A stretch of DNA of 55,878 bases from Clostridia bacterium (GCA_045577655.1 JAZNIU010000017.1:1-55878), one strand, 5' to 3'; counted from the first letter of the stretch, positions 17,459-28,147 are shown. A program made the numbers and translations. Notes: generated from the sequence alone by a model not told the origin.

Positions 17459-19369
17459 ATGAAAGAAAAATTCTATATAACTACGGCCATTGCATATACT
17501 TCCAGAAAACCGCATATTGGCAATACTTATGAAATTGTTCTGACAGATGCAATTGCCCGCTACAAGAAAAAAAGGGGATATGATGTTTATTTTCTGACAG
17601 GTACAGACGAGCATGGACAGAAAATTCAGCAGGAGGCGGAGAAAAAAGGAATTACTCCGCAGGAATATGTTGACGGTGTTGCAGGAGAAATCCGTACAAT
17701 ATGGGACCTTATGAATACCACTTATGATAAATTCATAAGAACAACCGATGACTATCATGTTAAAGCTGTTCAGAAAATTTTCAAGAAGTTTTATGACCAG
17801 GGCGATATATATAAAAGCGAGTATGAGGGACATTATTGTGTTCCCTGTGAATCCTTTTTCACAGAAACACAGCTTGTAGACGGCAAATGTCCCGATTGCG
17901 GCAGAGAAGTTCAAAAAGCAAAAGAAGAGTCTTATTTCTTCAAGATGAGCAAATATCAGGACAAGCTCATGAAACACATTGAAGAAAACCCCGACTTTAT
18001 TCAGCCTGAATCCAGAAAAAATGAAATGGTAAACAATTTCTTAAAACCCGGACTTCAGGACCTTTGTGTTTCAAGAACATCTTTCACTTGGGGAATCCCC
18101 GTTGAATTTGACCCGGGACATGTTATTTATGTATGGATAGATGCTTTGTCAAACTATATAACTGCACTTGGTTATTCTCCCGATGAGCAGAGTGAACTTT
18201 TTGACAAATACTGGCCGGCAGATGTTCACGTTATAGGCAAAGATATTTTAAGATTCCACACAATTTACTGGCCGATTATGCTTATGGCGCTGGGGCTTCC
18301 GCTTCCCAAAAAAGTTTTTGGTCATCCGTGGCTTTTGTCGGGTGAAGACAAAATGAGCAAATCCAAAGGTAATGTTATTTATGCAGATGACCTTGCAGAC
18401 CTTTTCGGAGTGGATGCAGTAAGACACTATCTGCTCAGCGAAATGCCCTATGCAAACGACGGTACAATAACTTACGAAAATATAATTGCACGTTTTAATT
18501 CAGAACTTGCAAACACTCTCGGAAACCTTGTTAACAGAACAGTTTCTATGACAAACAAATATTTTGACGGCAAAATATTTAAACCGGAAAAACTTACACA
18601 GCTTGACGAAGAGCTTAAAAATGCTGCCCTTCTGGCAGTTAAAAATGTTGAAACTGCGATGGACAGCTACAAAACTGCCGACGCACTTGAAGCTATTTTT
18701 GTGTTTGCCCGTCGTTGCAATAAATATATTGACGAAACAACACCATGGGTTCTTGCAAAAGATGAAGCAGGCAAGGAAAGACTTAAAACCGTTCTTTATA
18801 ATCTTATCGAAGGTTTAAGATTTATTGCTGTTATGATTGAACCGTTCATGCCCGAAACAACCGGTAAAATACTTGAGCAGATAGGTTCGGACGAAAATAC
18901 ATGGGAAAGTCTTTCTGTGTTTGGAGAGCAGGAAGACCGTCAGGTTGGTGAGCAACAGGCACTTTTTGCAAGAATTGATGAAAAAGTTATGCTTGAAAAA
19001 ATTGCTGAAATGAACAAACCTGCAGCAGTAGAACTTAACCTTAAACCTGAAATTACAATAGAAGATTTTGCTAAAATTGATTTAAGAGCAGCAAAAGTTG
19101 TTGCAGCAGAAAAAGTTGAAAAAGCAAACAAACTCTTAAAGCTTACTCTTGACCTTGGTGGAAACGAGAGACAAATTGTGTCCGGAATTGCAGAAGGATA
19201 TACTCCTGAAACAATTATAGGAAAAACAATTATTGTAATAGCAAATCTCAAACCGGCAAAAATAAGAGGAATTGAGTCAAACGGAATGCTTCTTGCTGCC
19301 GATGGCGAAAAAGCTCCTGTTATCTGTGTTCTTGACGGAGATGTTCCGAGCGGTACGGTTATAGGTTAA
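17459..19369 (+). CDS. metG: Methionine--tRNA ligase
   Basis: PHIGN, TGTDEHGQKI, Zn-knuckle, YVWIDAL, KMSKS, C-terminal tRNA-binding domain. Confidence 0.97.
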   Translation: MKEKFYITTAIAYTSRKPHIGNTYEIVLTDAIARYKKKRGYDVYFLTGTDEHGQKIQQEAEKKGITPQEYVDGVAGEIRTIWDLMNTTYDKFIRTTDDYHVKAVQKIFKKFYDQGDIYKSEYEGHYCVPCESFFTETQLVDGKCPDCGREVQKAKEESYFFKMSKYQDKLMKHIEENPDFIQPESRKNEMVNNFLKPGLQDLCVSRTSFTWGIPVEFDPGHVIYVWIDALSNYITALGYSPDEQSELFDKYWPADVHVIGKDILRFHTIYWPIMLMALGLPLPKKVFGHPWLLSGEDKMSKSKGNVIYADDLADLFGVDAVRHYLLSEMPYANDGTITYENIIARFNSELANTLGNLVNRTVSMTNKYFDGKIFKPEKLTQLDEELKNAALLAVKNVETAMDSYKTADALEAIFVFARRCNKYIDETTPWVLAKDEAGKERLKTVLYNLIEGLRFIAVMIEPFMPETTGKILEQIGSDENTWESLSVFGEQEDRQVGEQQALFARIDEKVMLEKIAEMNKPAAVELNLKPEITIEDFAKIDLRAAKVVAAEKVEKANKLLKLTLDLGGNERQIVSGIAEGYTPETIIGKTIIVIANLKPAKIRGIESNGMLLAADGEKAPVICVLDGDVPSGTVIG

Positions 19370-19382
19370 TTGGAGAAAAGAT

Positions 19383-20150
19383 ATGTTATTTGATTCACAT
19401 TGTCATGTTGATGACGACAAATTTAATGAGGACAGAGAAGACCTCTTATCCACCCTGCCAAAACAAGGGATAGACTATATAATGAACATTGGCGCCGATA
19501 TGGAGTCTTCGCGTAAAGCGGTTGTACTTGCCAAAAAGTATCCCTATATCTATGCTTCCGTTGGTGTTCATCCCAGCGAAACAACAAATCTTTCCGAAAA
19601 GGATATGGACGAGCTTGCATTGCTTGCTACAGAACCAAAGGTTAAAGCAATTGGCGAAATTGGTCTTGACTATCATTATCCGGATACCAACAAAGAAATG
19701 CAGCATAAGTGGTTCAACCGTCAGATGGAACTTGCCATGGACCTTGGTATGCCGTTTATAATTCATGACCGTGAATCGCATTTCGATTGCATGGAAATTT
19801 TAAAGCGGTTTGATACAAAGAAAACGGGCGGGGTTATGCACTGTTTCTCGGGTAGTGTTGAAATGGCAAGAGAAGTTATTAAAATGGGTATGCACATTTC
19901 TTTTGCAGGTCCGATAACCTATAAGAATGCGGAAAAAGCCGTTAAGGTTGCTATGGAAATACCTATAGAGCACATTCTCATAGAAACAGACAGTCCTTAT
20001 CTTGCACCAACTCCAAAAAGGGGAGAAAGAAACAATCCGGCATATGTTCGGTTTGTTGCTGAAAAGCTTGCTGAGATTAAAAATATGCCTTTTGAAAAGG
20101 TTTGCGAGATAACAAAAGAAAATGCCAAGAATTTATTTGGTATTTTATAA
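19383..20150 (+). CDS. tatD: TatD family hydrolase
   Basis: DSHCH, GVHP, GEIGLDY, HDRE, HCF, ETDSPYL. Confidence 0.93.
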   Translation: MLFDSHCHVDDDKFNEDREDLLSTLPKQGIDYIMNIGADMESSRKAVVLAKKYPYIYASVGVHPSETTNLSEKDMDELALLATEPKVKAIGEIGLDYHYPDTNKEMQHKWFNRQMELAMDLGMPFIIHDRESHFDCMEILKRFDTKKTGGVMHCFSGSVEMAREVIKMGMHISFAGPITYKNAEKAVKVAMEIPIEHILIETDSPYLAPTPKRGERNNPAYVRFVAEKLAEIKNMPFEKVCEITKENAKNLFGIL

Positions 20151-20158
20151 AAAAACAC

Positions 20159-20187
20159 TTGAAATAATATATAATAAGTAGTAAAAT
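20159..20187 (+). promoter_or_regulatory. Sigma-A promoter of fba
   Basis: TTGAAA, 17 nt, TAAAAT. Confidence 0.65.
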
Positions 20188-20222
20188 ATTATAAGAAAAT
20201 AATAAAAAGGAGATATATTATT

Positions 20223-21152
20223 ATGCCACTTGTTACAACAAAAGAAATGTTTAAAAAGGCTTACGAAGGCGGCTATGCTATTGGTGCTTTCAACGTGAAC
20301 AACATGGAAATTGTTCAGGGTATCACCGAAGCTGCTCAGGAAGCAAATTCACCAATCATTCTTCAGGTTTCTGCAGGCGCAAGAAAATATGCGAAACATG
20401 AATATCTTATGAAGCTTGTTGAAGCTGCAGTTGCTGATACAGGTATTCCGATAGCTCTTCACCTTGACCACGGTGACAGCTTTGAAATTTGTAAATCATG
20501 TATCGACGGCGGTTTTACCTCTGTTATGATAGACGGTTCAAAATATTCTTTTGAAGAAAATATTGAACTTACAAAAAAAGTTGTTGACTATGCACATGCT
20601 CACGGTGTTGTTGTTGAAGGCGAACTTGGCAAACTTGCAGGCGTTGAGGACGATGTGAATGTTAAACCTGAAGATTCTTCCTACACAAAACCGGAAGAAG
20701 TTGAAGAGTTTGTTAAAAGAACAGGTGTTGACTCGCTTGCTATTGCTATAGGAACAAGCCACGGCGCTTTCAAATTCACAGGCGAAGCAAAACTCAGATT
20801 TGACATTTTAGAAGAGGTTGGCAAAAGACTTCCTCAGTTCCCGATAGTACTTCATGGTGCATCTTCTGTTTCCCAGGAATATGTTGAAATGATCAACACT
20901 TATGGCGGAAATATGCCCGGTGCGCAGGGTGTTCCCGAATCAATGCTCCGTCAGGCAGCAAAAATGGCTGTATGTAAAATCAACATTGACTCTGACATAA
21001 GACTTGCAATGACAGGTACAGTAAGAAAATATCTGCACGAGCATCCTGATCATTTTGACCCGCGTCAGTATCTCGCGGTTGCAAGAACAAGCATAAAAGA
21101 AATGGTTAAACACAAAATTGTTGACGTTCTTGGCAGTGATAATACTCTTTAA
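20223..21152 (+). CDS. fba: Fructose-1,6-bisphosphate aldolase class II
   Basis: GAFNVNN, HLDHG, VMIDGS, EGELG, GTSHG, VLHGAS, KINIDSD, FDPR. Confidence 0.95.
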   Translation: MPLVTTKEMFKKAYEGGYAIGAFNVNNMEIVQGITEAAQEANSPIILQVSAGARKYAKHEYLMKLVEAAVADTGIPIALHLDHGDSFEICKSCIDGGFTSVMIDGSKYSFEENIELTKKVVDYAHAHGVVVEGELGKLAGVEDDVNVKPEDSSYTKPEEVEEFVKRTGVDSLAIAIGTSHGAFKFTGEAKLRFDILEEVGKRLPQFPIVLHGASSVSQEYVEMINTYGGNMPGAQGVPESMLRQAAKMAVCKINIDSDIRLAMTGTVRKYLHEHPDHFDPRQYLAVARTSIKEMVKHKIVDVLGSDNTL

Positions 21153-21161
21153 TAAAAAAAT

Positions 21162-21191
21162 AAAAGCTGAGCAAATTGCTCAGCTTTTTTT
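21162..21191. terminator. Bidirectional intrinsic terminator
   Basis: AAAAGCTGAGCA-AAT-TGCTCAGCTTTT between convergent genes. Confidence 0.88.
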
Positions 21192-21200
21192 ATATCATTT

Positions 21201-21758
21201 TTAAAAAGAAAACAGTGCACCAACAAGTCCGCCAAGTGCAATATAGAAAATGGGGTGTAGTTTTATTTTGTTGGTAAGAATAAGCATAATAACAAAGAAA
21301 ACAGATGCTTTGACGTTTAAACTGAATAAACTTAAATCACTGATTGAATCGCTGCCAAATAGTGCAATTAAGAATATTCCCAGGCCGGCAGATGAAATCA
21401 TACCAAGAACAACAGGTCGAATAGAGTAGAATGCATTTTTTACAAGTGTGTTTTCTTTGAATTTTGCAAACACGCCCGCTACAATCAAAATAATTATTAT
21501 TGATGGGCAAATAAGCCCCATTGTCGCAGTAATTCCACCCAAAATTCCGGTTGCGTTAATTCCGGCATATGTTGCCATATTAACGCCAATAGGACCGGGC
21601 GTTGCTTCGGCAACCGCTATCATATCTCCCAGAATTTCTTTTGTAAACCATGTGTATTTTTCGGTTAGTTCGTATAAAAATGGAATTGTTGCAAGTCCGC
21701 CGCCGACGGCAAACAGACCTATTTTAAAATATTCAAGAAAAAGAGTTAAATATATCAT
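21201..21758 (-). CDS. Chromate transporter (short-chain ChrA family), subunit 2
   Basis: KIGLFAVGGG, AEATPGPIGVNMATYAG. Confidence 0.9.
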   Translation of the reverse strand: MIYLTLFLEYFKIGLFAVGGGLATIPFLYELTEKYTWFTKEILGDMIAVAEATPGPIGVNMATYAGINATGILGGITATMGLICPSIIIILIVAGVFAKFKENTLVKNAFYSIRPVVLGMISSAGLGIFLIALFGSDSISDLSLFSLNVKASVFFVIMLILTNKIKLHPIFYIALGGLVGALFSF

Positions 21759-22312
21759 GACTTTTTCCTCTCTTTCTTATAAAGCAGTCCGATGCAGGTT
21801 GAAAGTATAACCAGAATGATTGGCGAAACAGAAAGTATAAAGGAAAGCACAAATGAAACAATGGCAAGTGATATTGTGAATTTGTCCGAAAGTACTTTTT
21901 TTGCCATTGTGTAAACAGCGTTAAAAATAAAAACGGAAACAACAACTCTTATGCCGCTAAGTGCATGACCTACCACTTCATACTGAGAAAAGTTCTTGAT
22001 AAAGAGTGCAAGAATTGAAATTATGATTATAGGCACAAAAATAATGCCGAGTGTAGCAACAATTCCGCCAATTACACCTTTACGTTTATATCCGATAAAT
22101 GTTGCAGTGTTTACGGCAATTATTCCCGGAGTACACTGACCAATGGCATAATAGTCTAAAAGTTCGTCTTCTTCAACCCAATTTTTTTTATCGACAAGCT
22201 CTTGCTTCAAAATGGGAAGCATGGCAATTCCACCGCCAAAAGTTATTGCTCCAATTTTTGCAAAAGTGAAAAACAGAGTCCAGAGTTCTCTCAAAACCGG
22301 TCTTCCTTTCAA
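21755..22312 (-). CDS. Chromate transporter (short-chain ChrA family), subunit 1
   Basis: KIGAITFGGG, GQCTPGIIAVNTATFIG; ATGA overlap with its partner. Confidence 0.9.
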   Translation of the reverse strand: MKGRPVLRELWTLFFTFAKIGAITFGGGIAMLPILKQELVDKKNWVEEDELLDYYAIGQCTPGIIAVNTATFIGYKRKGVIGGIVATLGIIFVPIIIISILALFIKNFSQYEVVGHALSGIRVVVSVFIFNAVYTMAKKVLSDKFTISLAIVSFVLSFILSVSPIILVILSTCIGLLYKKERKKS

Positions 22313-22330
22313 TAGAATTTTACTGTAAAA

Positions 22331-22359
22331 ATTATACTATATAAGAATATTTTTGTCAA
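22331..22359 (-). promoter_or_regulatory. Sigma-A promoter of the chr pair
   Basis: Minus strand TTGACA, 17 nt, TATAAT. Confidence 0.8.
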
Positions 22360-22423
22360 CAAATAGTCAACGTATGTATAATATTTTTCACGTGAGAAAA
22401 AATATTTAAAAGGAGGAGATAAT

Positions 22424-23014
22424 ATGAATTTCAAAGAAAGTAAAACAAAAGAAAACTTAATGCGTGCATTTGCCGGAGAGTCGCAGGCAAGAAACCGTTA
22501 CACATTTGCGGCATCTGTTGCAAAGAAAAACAATCTGTATGTAATTGAAAGTGTGTTTAATTATACTGCAGGTCAGGAAAAAGAACATGCCGAAGTATTC
22601 TATAATCTGTTAAGTGAGTGTGCAGGCGAAACAATTGAAATTGACGGCACATATCCCGTGGATATTGACAACAATGTTGCAGGACTTTTAAAAAGTGCGG
22701 TACACAACGAAATGGAAGAATATGAAGATGTTTATAAATCTTTTGCAAACACTGCAAGAGATGAAGGGTTTGAAAACATTGCAATTAAATTTGAAATGAT
22801 TGCAGAAATAGAAAAAACACATGCTGAAAGATTTAAAAAGTTTTTGACGCTGCTTGAAAATGACAAACTGTTTCTTGACGAAACAAAAACAAAATGGATT
22901 TGTCTTAACTGCGGTCATATTTCGGAAACAAAAGGCGCTCCTGAAATTTGTCCTGTTTGTGACCATAACAAAGGATATTTTATCAGACACGGTCAGTCGC
23001 CGTACGAAAGCTAA
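22424..23014 (+). CDS. rbr: Rubrerythrin
   Basis: AFAGESQARNRY, EKEHA, EKTH, C-terminal CLNCG...CPVC rubredoxin domain. Confidence 0.92.
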   Translation: MNFKESKTKENLMRAFAGESQARNRYTFAASVAKKNNLYVIESVFNYTAGQEKEHAEVFYNLLSECAGETIEIDGTYPVDIDNNVAGLLKSAVHNEMEEYEDVYKSFANTARDEGFENIAIKFEMIAEIEKTHAERFKKFLTLLENDKLFLDETKTKWICLNCGHISETKGAPEICPVCDHNKGYFIRHGQSPYES

Positions 23015-23045
23015 AAAAAGGTGTAAAAATTTTTACACCTTTTTT
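23014..23045. terminator. Bidirectional terminator between rbr and eno
   Basis: Palindrome AAAAAAGGTGTAAAAATTTTTACACCTTTTTT. Confidence 0.85.
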
Positions 23046-24330
23046 ATATTGAATAAAACTTTGCTTTCTCGCCGAGTTCTTCTTCTATTCTTAAAAGTCT
23101 GTTGTATTTGGCACATCTTTCACTACGGGAGGGAGCACCTGTTTTTATCTGTCCCGATCCTAAAGCAACGGCAATGTCTGCAATGGTTGTGTCTTCTGTT
23201 TCACCGCTTCTATGAGAGATTATACTCTTATATTTGTTTTTGTGTGCCAGGTCGACAGCATCAAGCGTTTCAGTCAGTGTGCCTATTTGGTTTACTTTAA
23301 CTAAAATCGCATTTCCGCATGATAAATCAATTCCGGTTTTAAGTCTTTTAGAATTTGTAACAAAAAGATCGTCTCCAACAAGCTGAATTTTTTTGCCAAG
23401 TCGCTCGGTTAAAACTTTCCAACCGTCCCAGTCTTCTTCGGCAAGACCGTCTTCAATTGAAATGACGGGATGTTTTTCGCACAAAGAAGATAAATATTCT
23501 ATCATTTGCTCACGTGTTTTAAATTCGCCGCTTTTCCAGAACAAATATCCGTCTTTTCCGCTTGTTTTTGCTTCCTCAAACATCTCGGTTGATGCAACAT
23601 CAAGGGCAATTTTTATGTCTTTTCCCCATACATATTTTGCTTTTTCGGTGGCTTCGGCAATAAGTTCAATGGCTTCTTCGTCCGATGAAAGATTTGGAGC
23701 AAACCCACCTTCGTCACCAACGGCAGTAGAAAGCCCCTTTTTCTTTAAAACTGTTTTAAGACTGTGAAAAATCTCTGAACAGCATCTCAGGCAAGAAGAA
23801 AAATTGTGAGAAGCAGAGGGAACAATCATAAATTCCTGAATGCTTAAATTGTTGTCAGAATGTTTGCCGCCATTTAAAATATTCATCATAGGAACAGGGA
23901 GAATATGTGCATTTGTTCCGCCGATATAGTTGTAAAGACTTGTGCCGAGCGAAAGTGCTGCTGCTCTTGCACAGGCAAGAGAAACTGCCAAAATGGCATT
24001 TGCGCCTAAATTTGATTTGTTTTCTGTTCCGTCAAGTGAAATCATTTTACTGTCAATCAGGGATTGGTCAAGCACATTCATTCCAACGATGTTTTTTGCT
24101 ATAATCATATTGATATTATCGACCGCTTTTTTAACGCCCTTGCCTAAAAAAGCATTTCCGTTGTCTCGAAGTTCAACCGCTTCAAAAGCACCGGTAGAAG
24201 CACCTGAAGGGACAGAAGCTCTGCCCACTGCACCGGTTTCTGTGCAAACATCTGCTTCAACAGTCGGAATACCCCTGGAATCAAGTATTTGTCTGGCAAA
24301 AACATGTGTTATTTTAATTTTTCTGAACAT
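23044..24330 (-). CDS. eno: Enolase
   Basis: [56 protein letters not shown]. Confidence 0.96.
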   Translation of the reverse strand: MFRKIKITHVFARQILDSRGIPTVEADVCTETGAVGRASVPSGASTGAFEAVELRDNGNAFLGKGVKKAVDNINMIIAKNIVGMNVLDQSLIDSKMISLDGTENKSNLGANAILAVSLACARAAALSLGTSLYNYIGGTNAHILPVPMMNILNGGKHSDNNLSIQEFMIVPSASHNFSSCLRCCSEIFHSLKTVLKKKGLSTAVGDEGGFAPNLSSDEEAIELIAEATEKAKYVWGKDIKIALDVASTEMFEEAKTSGKDGYLFWKSGEFKTREQMIEYLSSLCEKHPVISIEDGLAEEDWDGWKVLTERLGKKIQLVGDDLFVTNSKRLKTGIDLSCGNAILVKVNQIGTLTETLDAVDLAHKNKYKSIISHRSGETEDTTIADIAVALGSGQIKTGAPSRSERCAKYNRLLRIEEELGEKAKFYSI

Positions 24331-24384
24331 AAAAAATACTCCTTTCATATGAAAGGAGTATTCCCAAAAAATTAAATTTTAGTC
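24331..24384 (-). promoter_or_regulatory. 28-bp perfect palindrome containing the eno SD, followed by a U-run; overlaps a possible sigma-F-like promoter
   Basis: AATACTCCTTTCATATGAAAGGAGTATT at 24335-24362; minus strand GACTA-N14-GGGAATACT upstream. Confidence 0.55.
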
Positions 24385-25890
24385 AATAAGACTTTTTCCT
24401 GCCATTTCAGCGGGCTGCTCAATGCCTAAAAGCTCGAGGATTGTGGGAGCAATATCTGCAAGTTTTCCCTCATGAAGTTTTGCATCGTCTTTACCAATGA
24501 GAATAAAAGGAACTTTGTTTGTTGTGTGCGCTGTGAATGGACCACCGTCTTCGTCAACCATACAGTCTGCGTTTCCATGGTCGGCAGTTATAAGAACTTT
24601 TCCGCCTAGAGAAAGGATTTTATCAACGATTTTTTGTGCGCAACAGTCAACTGTTTCAACCGCTTTAACAGCTGCTTCCATATAACCGGTGTGACCAACC
24701 ATATCACAGTTTGCAAAGTTTAGAATTATAACATCATAAAGGTCGGAATCAATTCGTTTAAGAGCTTCTTCGGTTACTTCATAAGCGCTCATTTCCGGTT
24801 TTAAATCATAAGTAGCAACTTTAGGTGAGGGGATAAGGGCGCGGTCTTCACCGTCATATACCTTTTCTTCACCGCCGTTGAAGAAGAATGTTACATGAGC
24901 ATATTTTTCTGTTTCGGCAATTCTGAGCTGAGAAAGACCGTTTTTGCTTAAAATTTCGCCAAGAGTGTTTGTAAGACTTTCCGGTTTGAATGCAATTTCC
25001 ACATTAGGCATGCTTGCGTCGTATTGTGTCATGCAAACATAATTTATTTTAGAAAATTTCTCACGGTCAAAACCGTCAAATTCAGAGTCAACAAAACATC
25101 TTGTAATTTCTCTTGCTCTGTCGGGTCGGAAGTTGAAGAAAATAAAACTGTCTCCTTCGTCCACACCAGCATTTTTGCAACAAACAGTAGGGATTACGAA
25201 TTCATCATAAATTTCTTTTTTATATGACTCGGCAACTGCATCGGCAGCAGAAGGATTTTCTTCACCTTTGCCGAGAGCGATGGCATTGTATGCAAGGTTA
25301 ACTCTGTCCCAACGCTGGTCGCGGTCCATTGCATAATATCTGCCCATAACTGTTGCTATCTTCCCAACGCCGATTTTCTTCATTTCTTCTTCAAGTTCAA
25401 GAACAAAGCTGTGTGCAGAGTTGGGAGGAACGTCACGGCCATCAAGCAAACAGTGAACATAAACTTCGGTAAGACCAAGTTTTTTAGCAAGAGTCAAAAG
25501 TGCATAAAGATGAGTATTATGGCTATGAACACCGCCATCTGACAAAAGTCCTGCAAGGTGAAGCTTTGTTCCGTTTTTGATACAAGATTCAATGGCAGAC
25601 ACAAGAACTTTGTTTTCAAAAAAGTCGCCGTCGGAAATTGATTTTGTAATTCTTGTAAGTTCCTGATATACAACTCTTCCTGCACCAATGTTTGTGTGGC
25701 CAACTTCGGAATTGCCCATCTGACCATCAGGAAGACCAACATCCATTCCGCTTGCACTGATAAGGGTGTTAGGATATTTTTTAAGATAACTGTCCATGAC
25801 AGGAGTTTTTGCCATATAAATTGCATTATTTTCGCCGGGAGCAGCAACTCCGTAGCCATCAAGTATCATAAGACATAATGGTTTTTTCAT
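24379..25890 (-). CDS. gpmI: 2,3-bisphosphoglycerate-independent phosphoglycerate mutase
   Basis: ILDGYG, GQMGNSEVGH, SDGGVHSH, DGRD, GRYYAMDRD, ETEKYAHVT, DMVGHTG, ADHGN. Confidence 0.96.
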   Translation of the reverse strand: MKKPLCLMILDGYGVAAPGENNAIYMAKTPVMDSYLKKYPNTLISASGMDVGLPDGQMGNSEVGHTNIGAGRVVYQELTRITKSISDGDFFENKVLVSAIESCIKNGTKLHLAGLLSDGGVHSHNTHLYALLTLAKKLGLTEVYVHCLLDGRDVPPNSAHSFVLELEEEMKKIGVGKIATVMGRYYAMDRDQRWDRVNLAYNAIALGKGEENPSAADAVAESYKKEIYDEFVIPTVCCKNAGVDEGDSFIFFNFRPDRAREITRCFVDSEFDGFDREKFSKINYVCMTQYDASMPNVEIAFKPESLTNTLGEILSKNGLSQLRIAETEKYAHVTFFFNGGEEKVYDGEDRALIPSPKVATYDLKPEMSAYEVTEEALKRIDSDLYDVIILNFANCDMVGHTGYMEAAVKAVETVDCCAQKIVDKILSLGGKVLITADHGNADCMVDEDGGPFTAHTTNKVPFILIGKDDAKLHEGKLADIAPTILELLGIEQPAEMAGKSLID

Positions 25891-25915
25891 TTTATATTTT
25901 CCTTTCTGCAATTTG

Positions 25916-25939
25916 AAAGGGCGAAAAATCGCCCTTTTT
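25916..25939. terminator. Intercistronic stem-loop between tpiA and gpmI (weak terminator or mRNA stabiliser)
   Basis: AAAGGGCGA-AAAA-TCGCCCTTT. Confidence 0.5.
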
Positions 25940-25949
25940 GCTAAATTAT

Positions 25950-26702
25950 TTAGTTTGCGGCGTAAGCGATGGCAGCAAACTTTTCGGCAACAAGGGAAGC
26001 ACCGCCGATAAGACCACCGTCAATATCCGGCTTTGCAAGAAGTTCAGCGGCGTTTTTTTCGTTCATGCTGCCGCCATACTGAATTGTAATTTCTTCTGCA
26101 ATGTCATTAGAATAAAGCTGCGAGAGAACATTTCTTATACCGAAGCACACTTCCTGAGCCTGGTCTGATGTTGCAGTTTTTCCTGTGCCTATAGCCCAGA
26201 TGGGTTCGTAAGCAATAATTATTTTCTTTGCAAGGTCAGGTGAAATGTCCATAAATGCTTTTTTAATCTGCATAGAAATAAGGTCCATTGTAACGCCGGA
26301 TTCCCTTTCTTCCAGACTTTCGCCAACACATACAATGGGAACAAGACCTTTTTCAAGTGCTTTTTTTGTCTTTAAGTTAACAGTTTCGTCTGTTTCGGCA
26401 AAATACTGTCTTCTTTCAGAATGACCGATAATAACATATTTAACGCCGATGTCCAGAAGCATATCTGCACTTACCTCGCCGGTGTATGCGCCCGAGTCTT
26501 CAAAGTAAAGATTTTCGGCACCAATTTCCACGTGTGTATTTTCTGCAGCTCTAACAGCTTCAGAAAGACAGAGAAAAGGGGTGCAGCATACAACGGTGCA
26601 AGAAGAATTTTCTGTTGCGTCGGCAATTTCTTTTACAAAATTGTATGTCTCGGAAGGAAGTTTGTTCATCTTCCAGTTTCCTGCAATAACAGTTTTTCTC
26701 AT
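25950..26702 (-). CDS. tpiA: Triosephosphate isomerase
   Basis: AGNWKMN, GHSERR, AYEPIWAIGTG, YGGS, GGASL. Confidence 0.97.
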   Translation of the reverse strand: MRKTVIAGNWKMNKLPSETYNFVKEIADATENSSCTVVCCTPFLCLSEAVRAAENTHVEIGAENLYFEDSGAYTGEVSADMLLDIGVKYVIIGHSERRQYFAETDETVNLKTKKALEKGLVPIVCVGESLEERESGVTMDLISMQIKKAFMDISPDLAKKIIIAYEPIWAIGTGKTATSDQAQEVCFGIRNVLSQLYSNDIAEEITIQYGGSMNEKNAAELLAKPDIDGGLIGGASLVAEKFAAIAYAAN

Positions 26703-26726
26703 TTTATATTTCCTTTTCTAAAAAAC

Positions 26727-27926
26727 TTATTTATCGTTAAGAGCTACAATGCCGGGGAGGTCTTTTCCTTCAAGGAATTCGAGAGAAGCACCGCCGCCTG
26801 TTGAAATGTGGCTCATTTTGTCGCCAAGACCGGCCTGGTTTACGGCTGCAACAGAGTCGCCGCCGCCGATAATTGTTGTTGCATCAATTTCAGAAAGAAC
26901 TTTTGCTATTGCGTTTGTACCTTTTGCAAAGTTGGACATTTCAAATACGCCCATAGGTCCGTTCCACACAACAGTTTTTGCTTCGCGGACTGCATCAGCA
27001 TAAAGTTTAATTGTTTCTTCGCCGATGTCAAGACCCATCCAACCTGCTTCAATTTCGCCACGACCAACGGTTTTGTACTCTGCATCGTTTGAAAATTCTT
27101 TAGCGACTACTGTATCAATAGGCAGAAGAAGTTTAACATTTTTGTCTTTGGCTTTCTGAACCATTTCGTTTGCATAGTCGAGATAATCAGCTTCAAGAAG
27201 AGAATTGCCGATTTCTTCGCCGGCAGCTTTCATGAATGTATAAGCCATACCGCCGCCGATTATAAGTGTATCTACTTTTTCAAGAAGATTGTTTATAACA
27301 GAAATTTTGGATGAAACTTTAGAACCGCCGAGAATTGCAACACAAGGACGAACAGGGTTATTAACAGCGTTTCCTAAAAATTCAATTTCTTTTTCGATAA
27401 GGTAACCGCAAACAGATTCACCTTCAATAAATTCTGTTACACCTACGGTTGAACAGTGTGCTCTGTGCGCGCTGCCGAAAGCATCGTTTACAAAAACATC
27501 TGCAAGAGATGCGAGATCTTTTGAAAAGCTTTCAACATTTTTTGTCTCTTCTGCTCTGAAACGTGTGTTTTCAAGAAGAACAACATCGCCGTTTTTCATA
27601 TTGTTTACAGCAGCTTTTGCATTTTCGCCGACAACGTTTGTGTCTGCAGCAAAAACAACTTCTTTGCCTAATTTTTCAGATAATTTTTTTGCAACGGGAG
27701 CAAGAGAAAATTCAGGTTTTGCTTCTCCTTTGGGTTTGCCGAGATGAGAGCAAAGAATAACTTTTGCACCATTTTCGATTAAGTATTTTATTGTTGGAAG
27801 AGCGCCGTTAATACGGGTCTCGTCAGTGATGTTTCTGTTTTCATCAAGCGGAACGTTAAAATCGCATCTTACCAGAACTTTTTTTCCTTCGACAGAAACA
27901 TTTTCAATTGTTTTTTTGTTCAACAT
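26727..27926 (-). CDS. pgk: Phosphoglycerate kinase
   Basis: [53 protein letters not shown]. Confidence 0.97.
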   Translation of the reverse strand: MLNKKTIENVSVEGKKVLVRCDFNVPLDENRNITDETRINGALPTIKYLIENGAKVILCSHLGKPKGEAKPEFSLAPVAKKLSEKLGKEVVFAADTNVVGENAKAAVNNMKNGDVVLLENTRFRAEETKNVESFSKDLASLADVFVNDAFGSAHRAHCSTVGVTEFIEGESVCGYLIEKEIEFLGNAVNNPVRPCVAILGGSKVSSKISVINNLLEKVDTLIIGGGMAYTFMKAAGEEIGNSLLEADYLDYANEMVQKAKDKNVKLLLPIDTVVAKEFSNDAEYKTVGRGEIEAGWMGLDIGEETIKLYADAVREAKTVVWNGPMGVFEMSNFAKGTNAIAKVLSEIDATTIIGGGDSVAAVNQAGLGDKMSHISTGGGASLEFLEGKDLPGIVALNDK

Positions 27927-27960
27927 ATATAACACACCTCTCTAAGCAATTTATATAACT

Positions 27961-27989
27961 ATTTTATACCATATTATAGTATTTTTCAA
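27961..27989 (-). promoter_or_regulatory. Sigma-A promoter of the pgk operon
   Basis: Minus strand TTGAAA, 17 nt, TAAAAT. Confidence 0.65.
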
Positions 27990-28086
27990 GTAAAAATATA
28001 TAATTCATAAAAAAAGCACAAAATATTCGACAATTTACTTTAAATTGTGTGTAAAATAACTGTTTTTACGATTATTTTAAATTTAC

Positions 28087-28115
28087 TTGCAAAGAGGAGA
28101 GAAATTTGCTATAAT
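28087..28115 (+). promoter_or_regulatory. Sigma-A promoter of rmuC
   Basis: TTGCAA, 17 nt, TATAAT with extended TGn. Confidence 0.75.
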
Positions 28116-28147
28116 ATATCATGAAAAAATTTTGGTGGTGAAATGCT

